Part shown: in pieces, positions 1 through 7,121 of the stretch
Layout of the letters: each line of letters opens with the position of its first letter
Position numbering within the stretch: the first letter of the stretch is position 1
Source: a virus
Lineage: Duplodnaviria > Caudoviricetes
DNA length: 38,725 nucleotides
IMG/VR virus record: IMGVR_UViG_3300032212_000068
Span: 1 to 38,725 of that record
Reading direction: 5' to 3' (one strand)
Notes under the pieces: model-generated
What the model was told of the DNA's origin: nothing
Databases searched by the model: none
Seen by the model: the letters and a program-made list of their open reading frames with translations, nothing else
Made by a program: the position numbers and the translations under genes

Positions 1-127
1 GGCTATTTGGTATTGTTTGTCTGTCATGTTAGTTCTCCTGTTATACTTGCCCTTTCTTAATTTCGCTGATCACGTACTCTGCTATGTCTTGTTTATAACG
101 CAACGCATCAACTATCTGCTTATCAAT
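1..127. repeat. 127-bp terminal overlap, identical to 38599-38725; circular assembly, genome 38,598 bp
   Basis: Sequence GGCTATTTGG...TATCAAT is identical at both ends; 127 is a common assembler k-mer size; the 61-aa gene reads across the junction. Confidence 0.95.
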
Positions 128-1735
128 CTTGTGGTTCATGATGATATCCACATAGAGTATAGACTTGGACTTCTGTTTGCTGCTGTTAGTACGCATAGTG
201 GCTTGCTTTCTATCATCATAACTAAAGCTATTTGAGTAAAAGATGTGGACAGAAGCCGCTGCAAGTTCAACTCCTCTGGCGCTTGCCTGCTGACTTGCGA
301 CCCAAAACCTGGGGCCGTTGTCTTGCATGAATTCTCGTTGTGCCCATTCTCGTTCGTCATCGCTCATTCCGCCTTTGTATAGAATAGAATCAGGAAGGGC
401 CTTGGCTATGGCTTCCAGTTCCGGCACAAACCTAGCCCAAATAATAACTTTCTGGTCCTTAGGTATCGTTTCAATGAAACCTAACAGAGCATCCATCTTG
501 GGATTTGGCCCTTCAATCGGCATAGTATCGTAGCCTTCTTCTTCTTTAAAGGGGAAATGGCCACCGACTATCTGTTGATACCTTGTCATTCTTTCTAGTA
601 TCGTCTCGACTTCTAGCTCCTCGTCGCCCATGCTCGTCGACATGTCATACGGATCGCCTAGTTCTTTCAATAGCCGCTTCTGGACGAGTGACTGTTCTAC
701 GTATATTGGTTCCCATACTTCCTCTGGAATGCCGATGGCATCTTTTGTTGAAATTTGATATACATATGGGTTTATTTTTCTTATTACTTTATCTACGTCC
801 CTATAGCCGATGATTTTCTTGCCCTGGAATCCGCCTGCTATACAATGAGCATTCTTAAATGTAAAATACGACTTATATCCCAGGATTTGCCAATTAAGGA
901 ACCGGAACTGGGAGTAGAGATCTTCAACCCCCTGCGTGGTCGGTGTCCCGGTCATGATAGTCCGATACTCAGCTAAGCCGCCAACGTCCCAACATAATTT
1001 GACGCGTGTTCGTTTTTTACTTTTCGAGACTTGCTGTTTTGGGTTCTTGATACAGGTGGACTCATCGATTGTGAATTTTGTTTTATGTTTTTGCACAAAG
1101 TCCGTAATGAGGTCGCCTCCTGCACCGTTAGATAACGACTCAATTCCGACGACCATAACCTTGAGGGCATCGGTGTCCTTGTCAATAAAGGCTTGAGTTT
1201 GTTTTTTCTGCCCGGCTTGGAGAAGGTGGACTTCATATAGGACGGGACAATGCTCTTCGAGTTGGATTTTCCAGGTTGATTTAATTGCGCCTGGGAAAAG
1301 GACAATGAGGTACGCATTGATTTCGCCTTTTAAGTAATAGGCTGCTGCTATGTTTATATCTACAAATGTCTTGCCGGTCCGCATCTCCATAAAGTAGCCG
1401 AACTCGCGCATCCCGTACGACTTATTAAGAGCATCCATCTGGTAAGGCCGGGGAGGATTTAAAAATGGGTGGTCTTCGGGGAATCTTAATGTTTTACTGA
1501 CTTCGATTTCCGCAAGAGCCTGATTTACCATTTCAAGAGCTTCTTCATTTATCTCTTCTGGAAATTTATAGTTATCGCGTATATATTGTGCATTTGGCGC
1601 GTTGAATGGTGCATGCCAAATTTTTGTGTTTGAGTTGAATTTTCTATCAGGGAAGGCTTTTACTCGTTCATTGTCAAATATCTGACACTGGATTAAGAAA
1701 TCCCCGCCTCCATACTTAACTGTGGCTACTGACAT
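41..1735 (-). CDS. SNF2-family (superfamily 2) helicase/ATPase
   Basis: Q motif PRPYQ, Walker A MEMRTGKT, Walker B IDES, motif III MTGTP, C-terminal KVIIWARF, ARGVEL and QATMRTN; SD AAGGAG. Confidence 0.9.
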   Translation of the reverse strand: MSVATVKYGGGDFLIQCQIFDNERVKAFPDRKFNSNTKIWHAPFNAPNAQYIRDNYKFPEEINEEALEMVNQALAEIEVSKTLRFPEDHPFLNPPRPYQMDALNKSYGMREFGYFMEMRTGKTFVDINIAAAYYLKGEINAYLIVLFPGAIKSTWKIQLEEHCPVLYEVHLLQAGQKKQTQAFIDKDTDALKVMVVGIESLSNGAGGDLITDFVQKHKTKFTIDESTCIKNPKQQVSKSKKRTRVKLCWDVGGLAEYRTIMTGTPTTQGVEDLYSQFRFLNWQILGYKSYFTFKNAHCIAGGFQGKKIIGYRDVDKVIRKINPYVYQISTKDAIGIPEEVWEPIYVEQSLVQKRLLKELGDPYDMSTSMGDEELEVETILERMTRYQQIVGGHFPFKEEEGYDTMPIEGPNPKMDALLGFIETIPKDQKVIIWARFVPELEAIAKALPDSILYKGGMSDDEREWAQREFMQDNGPRFWVASQQASARGVELAAASVHIFYSNSFSYDDRKQATMRTNSSKQKSKSILYVDIIMNHKIDKQIVDALRYKQDIAEYVISEIKKGQV

Positions 1736-1748
1736 TATGGCTCCTTTT

Positions 1749-1778
1749 AAAAAGAGGGGGCGCTAGGCCCCCGTCTTG
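1749..1778 (-). terminator. Rho-independent terminator after the 165-aa gene
   Basis: Minus strand GGGGGC-CTAGC-GCCCCC followed by TCTTTTT. Confidence 0.65.
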
Positions 1779-1779
1779 A

Positions 1780-2277
1780 TTACGCGGCTGATGCTTTTTT
1801 GTTGTGCTCAGCTTTCTTCTTTTTTGCTTCGGCTTCAGCTTTCTTCTTGGCAGCTTCTGCTTTTTTAGCTTCTTTGGCTTTCTCAGCTTCGGCCAGTGCC
1901 TTGTCTGCTTCCTTACGGAATGGAGCTGCTGCCTTGGCTACAGCCTCAAGACCAGATAGCTTAGGCTTTTTGCCATCTGCTTCAGCTTTGGCATTATCGG
2001 CATCGCGCTTAGAAACAAAACCACGGATACGGTTGCCGAGATTCATACGTTGCATGCCGGTATTAAGTTTACCATAGTTAGCGCGAAATTCGTTCTCAAC
2101 AAAGAGTTTATCTGCCACTTCATACAAAGAAACAATTGGCAGACCTTCCAGGGCTTTCGCTATGTCATCACCATTAGATAATGACTTCGCGCCTGATGCT
2201 GTACGGCTAGTCGTATAACGCTCACGGTTGATTTTTACCAGAGCGTCTTTGACTTCTTTGTTTGTTTTATCATTCAT
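1780..2277 (-). CDS. Uncharacterised protein with GDDxA...YxxLNxGxxRMNxGNRIR core and Ala/Lys-rich histone-like C-tail; paralogue of 4696-5121
   Basis: Good SD (AGGAG); the motif is shared with the 4696-5121 protein; tail AEKAKEAKKAEAAKKK. Confidence 0.8.
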   Translation of the reverse strand: MNDKTNKEVKDALVKINRERYTTSRTASGAKSLSNGDDIAKALEGLPIVSLYEVADKLFVENEFRANYGKLNTGMQRMNLGNRIRGFVSKRDADNAKAEADGKKPKLSGLEAVAKAAAPFRKEADKALAEAEKAKEAKKAEAAKKKAEAEAKKKKAEHNKKASAA

Positions 2278-2286
2278 TTGGTTCTC

Positions 2287-2505
2287 CTAGTCTATTTTAA
2301 ATAAAGCTACACCAGAGAATCTGGTTTCGCCGTCATACTTCACAGGACGAGCGACTAAATTTCCGTCAACTAAGCCTATGTGCTTCATGGAAGGGACCCA
2401 GCCATCTTTAATCATGTGACTCAGACAAGCGAATACAAGACGTTCGTGGCTAAACCATTCTACCTGTACTAACTCTTCATTATCTATGTTGATTGCTGTG
2501 TTCAC
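2287..2505 (-). CDS. Hypothetical protein
   Basis: GTG start with GAGGAG SD, directly downstream of the promoter at 2535-2563. Confidence 0.7.
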   Translation of the reverse strand: MNTAINIDNEELVQVEWFSHERLVFACLSHMIKDGWVPSMKHIGLVDGNLVARPVKYDGETRFSGVALFKID

Positions 2506-2534
2506 TTCAATCTCCTCGTATATCCTGAGGCGCT

Positions 2535-2563
2535 AGTATACCACAGACTAGCACCCCTGTCAA
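2535..2563 (-). promoter_or_regulatory. Sigma70 promoter with extended -10
   Basis: Minus strand TTGACA-17 nt (ending TGTGG)-TATACT. Confidence 0.9.
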
Positions 2564-2571
2564 GAGTATGT

Positions 2572-2796
2572 TTAACGATCAGGTGATCTAACTTCTATCA
2601 TTTCGTTAGCCGAGATATATGGCTCTAGTTCTTCATAATTTTTCGGATAACTTGCTATCACAAAATAGGACTTCCGTAACCCTAACAATTTTTCAGGACG
2701 GTCGATAAATCGCCAATCGCCGGGACTTATACTATTTTTACGAGCATAATCACAAGCTTGTCTGTAATTTTCTGCTATGATAAGTAAAACGCTCAC
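2572..2796 (-). CDS. Hypothetical protein
   Basis: ORF tightly packed after the ParB-like gene; GGGAG SD. Confidence 0.65.
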   Translation of the reverse strand: MSVLLIIAENYRQACDYARKNSISPGDWRFIDRPEKLLGLRKSYFVIASYPKNYEELEPYISANEMIEVRSPDR

Positions 2797-2797
2797 T

Positions 2798-3589
2798 TTA
2801 TGACTCCCTCCCTAGTTTGTAACCTTCTAATGCCGCGTCCAACAAGGCGGATTTGGGAGCAGCGTCTGGTGAACGTTCAGCCACCTTTTCAGCTATGGCC
2901 TCTAGTTTCTCCTGTAGCTCGGCCCGTTCGGCTGCTTTACGCGCTGCCCGTTTTTCGCCTAGTGATTTTGGTATCGCGTCCGCTATTACGTCTTCCACGG
3001 CTGGCGGCTGATCTACTTTGTCCTTTACAATAGAGCGGGCCTTTTCTAGTGGTACTTCGCCTGCTTTTACTTTAGTAGCTAGCTCCGGGTCATGCTTTTC
3101 TACGTACTTGTATCGGCGTAATGTTGCCTCACCGACCCCGACACGTTCAGCAGCTTCGGATTGCGTCACTTCTCCTTCCGTTGAGTTTTGTCCGTTGTTG
3201 AGTCCTGCAAGTTCGGCTGCTACTGCAGCTTTCTGCCCGGTGGTCAAATGCCGCCTGTCCAGGTTGCGTGACGTAACGAAGCCGATAGGATTTTCGCCGC
3301 TGTACACCATAAACTCGGGCTCGACCCCTGCATCCATGGCCGCTAGATGGCGATTGCGCCCATCAAGGATGGCCCAGGATGAGTTTGGTGCATCGGGCGT
3401 TAGGTCGACCAACACGATCGGGTCGGATAGCAAAAACCCTTGGTCCTTCATTGAGGCCACTAAGCCGTCATAATCGTCGTCCCGCATTGCGGGGAAGATT
3501 GTGCACAGCTCATGAAGTGGCAAATCAAACCAATTATCAAGGTCGTCGATAAGCGGCGTTAGGTGTTCTTGTTTCATTTTTATCTCCAT
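2798..3589 (-). CDS. ParB/Spo0J-like N-terminal domain plus helix-turn-helix protein (start may be 3577)
   Basis: LHELCTIFPAM, PIV, ILDGRNRH, SRNLDRRHLTTGQKA; HTH QSEAAERVGVGEATLRR. Confidence 0.85.
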   Translation of the reverse strand: MEIKMKQEHLTPLIDDLDNWFDLPLHELCTIFPAMRDDDYDGLVASMKDQGFLLSDPIVLVDLTPDAPNSSWAILDGRNRHLAAMDAGVEPEFMVYSGENPIGFVTSRNLDRRHLTTGQKAAVAAELAGLNNGQNSTEGEVTQSEAAERVGVGEATLRRYKYVEKHDPELATKVKAGEVPLEKARSIVKDKVDQPPAVEDVIADAIPKSLGEKRAARKAAERAELQEKLEAIAEKVAERSPDAAPKSALLDAALEGYKLGRES

Positions 3590-3747
3590 TCGCAGTATTT
3601 GCGTTTAGGTGCTTTCCAAAAATAGCACGTCCTATTGTGGTACTCTTCCACAAAGTCGTACCCTTGATGTTTTTTGCCGTAGGCACTGATTAAACCGCCC
3701 GCAATAAATGTTAACAATATAGTTAGTGCTATTGATTGTACTTTCAT
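3580..3747 (-). CDS. Small membrane protein, 55 aa, not in the ORF track (MKVQSIALTILLTFIAGGLISAYGKK...CEWR)
   Basis: Translated by hand; AAGGAG SD; fills the gap in the operon; hydrophobic N-terminus. Confidence 0.7.
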   Translation of the reverse strand: MKVQSIALTILLTFIAGGLISAYGKKHQGYDFVEEYHNRTCYFWKAPKRKYCEWR

Positions 3748-3756
3748 ACGTGCTCC

Positions 3757-3951
3757 TTATAAGAGGTGCAGGCCGTAGGCGCGTTCCACCCATGCTGCAC
3801 GTCGTTTAAAATCTGCTGGTGTCGCTTCCCTGTCAGCCCATCCGTTTGGTGTATTGTACGCCACCCGGTTGTTAAAGTGCTTCCTCACAAGGGATTTGAT
3901 TAAAGCTTCGTAGTCTTCTTCAGTGAAATTTCTAAATGTTTCTAAGTCCAT
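3757..3951 (-). CDS. Hypothetical protein (MDLETFRNF...)
   Basis: Start re-assigned to ATG 3951 after AGGAG SD. Confidence 0.7.
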   Translation of the reverse strand: MDLETFRNFTEEDYEALIKSLVRKHFNNRVAYNTPNGWADREATPADFKRRAAWVERAYGLHLL

Positions 3952-3953
3952 GC

Positions 3954-4148
3954 TTAGCTCCTGGTTTGTGTGTAAAGGTAACTGTCTACTACGGCAACTG
4001 CTATATCTAGTGCCATTCCTTGTTTTTGTGCCGGGAGCAGACCAAATTGTCGTCCCATGTAACTGCAAACAACAAAGAAGTCATGCTTGTCTATTATGAC
4101 GGTGTTGTGATGCGGAATCCACGTTAGGTGCCTACGTGTGTTGTTCAT
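3954..4148 (-). CDS. Hypothetical protein (MNNTRRHL...)
   Basis: Start re-assigned to ATG 4148 with GAGGAG SD; first gene after the promoter at 4175-4203. Confidence 0.7.
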   Translation of the reverse strand: MNNTRRHLTWIPHHNTVIIDKHDFFVVCSYMGRQFGLLPAQKQGMALDIAVAVVDSYLYTQTRS

Positions 4149-4174
4149 GCCCTGCTCCTCTAGTGTATAGACCC

Positions 4175-4203
4175 AGTATAGCATAGGGCCGATGGCCTGT
4201 CAA
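4175..4203 (-). promoter_or_regulatory. Sigma70 promoter with extended -10
   Basis: Minus strand TTGACA-17 nt (ending TATGC)-TATACT. Confidence 0.9.
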
Positions 4204-4230
4204 GGATGCGTTGTAGATGCCGGTTGGTGC

Positions 4231-4679
4231 GTCCATGTGGAGATGGCGCGGTCCATATTCGAAATAGACCACAAAGGGGTCACGGACGTCATTGTGAAGA
4301 CCACCGAGTGTTTGGACGAACGGTATATCGAGGGTTAGTAAACTAACATCCGAATGTGGACGGTCCGTGATCGGAACGGGCTGAATCTGGACAGCGAGAG
4401 CCCCCGTCACGAACGGGCTGGTCCGTATGGTCCACATCGTCCACCCCCCTGAAAAGAGAGAGAGAAAAAAGGGGTGGGGTACGTACCGGACATTGCACGT
4501 CTCCCGACGACCTCGGATGGTATCGGACGACCCGGACCATATGGACGCGCTCGTTTCCTTGTTAAACGTGACGCGGGACGACTGCTCGCTATGGCACGAT
4601 TGCGGTTGGCGGCTGAAGGGAAAAGGTTGAGAAGGGGGTTCGACCGTCCGTGGTCCCCGCTCGCCGTCCGTGGCTGTCC
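4231..4679. repeat. GC-rich non-coding array of GGAC/GTCC motifs with dyad symmetry; candidate replication origin or protein-loading site
   Basis: About 19 GGAC/GTCC copies; 22-bp inverted repeat 4421-4442 and 4525-4546 (18/22 match); central palindrome GGTACGTACC at 4478-4487. Confidence 0.6.
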
Positions 4680-4695
4680 GCTCTTGGCTCGCCTG

Positions 4696-5121
4696 TTAGT
4701 GCTTAACGGCTGCTTGCAAGTCTTTTACGGTTGCATCACCGCGTTTGATCGCCGCCCGGATGCGGTTGCCGCCGTTCATCCTGCGTTGGCCTGGGTTTAG
4801 TCCCGCGTACCGGGTTGCTAGCTCACCGTTCTCCAAACCGAGCAGTGTCTCTGCCGCCGCCAACACTTGGTCGGGGCTGAGGCCCGCCAGCGTTTGCGCA
4901 ACGTCGTCGCCCTTGTTTAACGAAACTCGACCGCTGTACGCAATCGTAGGCTCATAGCCGGTGCGGTAGCGATTGAGGGTTGAGGCCATCTTGCTTCCTT
5001 CCTCTTGCTCGTCGTCCTCGTCCTGGGCCAGCTCGGCTGCGATCGCTGCGTCCAAATCCTCGACCTTGGGTTCGCGCTTAGCGGTCTTCTTTGTGGTCTT
5101 CTTCTTTGTGGCTTGTGTCAT
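4696..5121 (-). CDS. Uncharacterised protein of 141 aa, first gene of the early arm; paralogue of 1780-2277
   Basis: ATG 5121 with AGGAG SD; basic then acidic N-terminus; SLNKGDDVAQTLAGL and YAGLNPGQRRMNGGNRIR. Confidence 0.8.
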   Translation of the reverse strand: MTQATKKKTTKKTAKREPKVEDLDAAIAAELAQDEDDEQEEGSKMASTLNRYRTGYEPTIAYSGRVSLNKGDDVAQTLAGLSPDQVLAAAETLLGLENGELATRYAGLNPGQRRMNGGNRIRAAIKRGDATVKDLQAAVKH

Positions 5122-5176
5122 GGTCTTGCTCCTATCTTGGTTGTGCCCGCAGCCACGTGCTGCAAGTCTGGGAACA

Positions 5177-5205
5177 AGTATAGCAGCCGTCTGCACGCCT
5201 CGCCA
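5177..5205 (-). promoter_or_regulatory. Probable extended -10 promoter for 4696-5121
   Basis: TGGCGA-17 nt (ending TGC)-TATACT; weak -35. Confidence 0.55.
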
Positions 5206-5500
5206 TATCCAAGTAGAGATAGCTATAGGGATATAAGGCAGCACAACCCCCGGCCAAGGAAGAAGCACGTACGTACGCGTTGGGCGAGCACAACCCGAGA
5301 TCGACGGGCGATGGCTTGGGTCCTCCCCTAGGGTAGGGGGTATTTCGTTCGCGGGCGTTGGGGGGTACACCCCGGAAAAAACGAAGGACCCACCGCACGT
5401 TTTTCCAGGGATTCCGCCCCCAGAACCCCATCCGCCATGCCTGTTAGTTTTCTGCTCATCCGCCGTTCTTTTGATTTGGTCCTTTATGCCGATTCCATAC

Positions 5501-5529
5501 TTGACAGTCCTCCTGTCGTGTGCTATACT
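5501..5529 (+). promoter_or_regulatory. Sigma70 promoter for the packaging/late arm
   Basis: TTGACA-17 nt (ending TGTGC)-TATACT. Confidence 0.9.
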
Positions 5530-5535
5530 CTTTTG

Positions 5536-5727
5536 ATGAGCGCCCAAATGAGCCCAATCAATAACTATATAGCAACCGACACCGGTATGCTTGCGGCACG
5601 TGAAAGGGTACTGGATGAGAAATTTCTGAACAATCCAGTAGTTGCAGCACAGCGCATACAAAGGGAATACATAAAGTTATGTCTGAAGAATCCAGAAATA
5701 TTGCTCCCATCGACTCTAGTCTTGTAG
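5536..5727 (+). CDS. Possible leaderless 63-aa protein overlapping terS
   Basis: ATG lies 7 nt after the -10 box, at the expected TSS; no SD; protein-like composition. Confidence 0.4.
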   Translation: MSAQMSPINNYIATDTGMLAARERVLDEKFLNNPVVAAQRIQREYIKLCLKNPEILLPSTLVL

Positions 5728-6197
5728 AACGTAATAGAGAGTCAGGTTTTTTAGATTTAGACGACCAACGTCGTGCGTTTTGTATCGAGTATGTGACCAA
5801 CGGCTATAAGCATCGGGACGCGGCTGAATCAGTAGGATTTCCCGCTGAAAGAGGCACAAGGTTAAAACGTGAACCTCTGGTTGCTGCTTACATTGTTGAT
5901 CTCCAAAATAAGTACCTAGCTGAATCTGTTGTAACTAAGCAAACTTTAGACGTGCATCTCGACGAACTTGAAGATATTGCTATGGGCAGAATTAGTATCC
6001 CTATTGTTACAGGTTCAGGCGAAAAAATTGAAGCTAAGAAATTCCATGCGGATTTGGCGATGAAGATTTATGCAGAACGCTCGAAGCTCCATGGTATTAG
6101 TAAAGATGATTCAAAACACGCTGCAGTTAATGTCACTATAAACATGGAAGGCATGACTGGTCCTGCCGAAGTAATAATAGAGGGAGAAACAGAATGA
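5679..6197 (+). CDS. terS: Terminase small subunit
   Basis: LDDQRRAFCIEYV...DAAESVGF N-terminal HTH pattern typical of TerS; position upstream of TerL. Confidence 0.8.
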   Translation: MSEESRNIAPIDSSLVERNRESGFLDLDDQRRAFCIEYVTNGYKHRDAAESVGFPAERGTRLKREPLVAAYIVDLQNKYLAESVVTKQTLDVHLDELEDIAMGRISIPIVTGSGEKIEAKKFHADLAMKIYAERSKLHGISKDDSKHAAVNVTINMEGMTGPAEVIIEGETE

Positions 6198-6541
6198 GAA
6201 CCGGAGAAAAACAAGAATTATTTATGCGTCTTCTCCCCCGCCTTATAGATAAGGCACATGAATTAGGATTTGAAATTCGTGGCGGTGATCTATTTCGCGA
6301 TGCAAGAGTATTTGGCGACATAGGCGAAACTCGTATAGGAGCATATGGCCATAAAAATTCTGCACATAAACTAAAGCTCGCTATTGATTTGAATTTGTTT
6401 AAGGACGGCATTTGGCAGACCGAAACTGAACAACATGAAGAGTTAGGTGAATGGTGGGAACAGCAGCATGAATTATGTCGGTGGGGAGGTAGATTCAATG
6501 ATGGTAATCATTACTCAATAATCCACAATGGAGTCATGTAA
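6194..6541 (+). CDS. Endolysin, peptidase M15 family (L-Ala-D-Glu type)
   Basis: R...SAHxxxLAIDL...WGGRF.DGNHYS zinc-peptidase motifs. Confidence 0.85.
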   Translation: MRTGEKQELFMRLLPRLIDKAHELGFEIRGGDLFRDARVFGDIGETRIGAYGHKNSAHKLKLAIDLNLFKDGIWQTETEQHEELGEWWEQQHELCRWGGRFNDGNHYSIIHNGVM

Positions 6542-6723
6542 TGGAGGAGTTAACTAATATAAGAAATGTCCTCACTCTCCTTGTCACTATTGCTGGGTCA
6601 TCTGCCACACTGTACCAATATTTTGATAAAGAAGAAATAGTACAAGTAAAACAACATGAAGCAGGCGAAAGTCAAAGGGTGATGATAGAAATGGTTGAAT
6701 ATTATAAGGAGAAATGCAAATGA
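6541..6723 (+). CDS. Small single-TM lysis-cassette protein
   Basis: N-terminal hydrophobic helix; coupled to the endolysin stop. Confidence 0.5.
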   Translation: MEELTNIRNVLTLLVTIAGSSATLYQYFDKEEIVQVKQHEAGESQRVMIEMVEYYKEKCK

Positions 6724-7121
6724 TTGATTTAGCTTTAAGTGCTTTAGGGATTTTCGGTAAGCTTGGCAGTAAACTTATCGAGGATAAAGACAAAAAAACA
6801 GAATTTGCTTTCAAAACCCTAGACATCGGCCAGAAATTCATGGAAACTATGTTAGCCACTAAAACATACCCATGGATTGATGCATTAGTGAAATTATCCT
6901 ATGCGGGTGAACAAATCGTTAAAGGCCTGTTCCGTCCAGTAGGAACTGCTCTTATGACAGCCTTTGCTATTTATGCTGAAACTAATGGAATTGAATTATC
7001 GGCTACAGCAGAAACTATCTTATATGGTGCGTTCCCGGCCTGGGGTTTAGATAGGGCTGTCGGAAAACACAGAGAAGCCAAAATCAAAAAGAAACAAGTC
7101 GATTTAGATGAGGATTGGTAA
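6714..7121 (+). CDS. Holin-like membrane protein (3TM-holin-like)
   Basis: Amphipathic N-terminus, IEDKDKK, FRP plus hydrophobic segments, charged C-tail; lysis context. Confidence 0.6.
   Translation: MQMIDLALSALGIFGKLGSKLIEDKDKKTEFAFKTLDIGQKFMETMLATKTYPWIDALVKLSYAGEQIVKGLFRPVGTALMTAFAIYAETNGIELSATAETILYGAFPAWGLDRAVGKHREAKIKKKQVDLDEDW

Noticed and set aside
4132-4800. Several short overlapping ORFs in the GC-rich array
   Set aside because: They look like by-products of high GC, with Pro/Arg-rich translations and conflicting frames; 4132-4437 has an SD-like GGGGGG but runs over the promoter, so it is unlikely though not fully excluded
4696-5661. 321-aa version of the ORF in the track
   Set aside because: The upstream extension crosses two promoters and the GC island; the SD and paralogue alignment support a start at 5121
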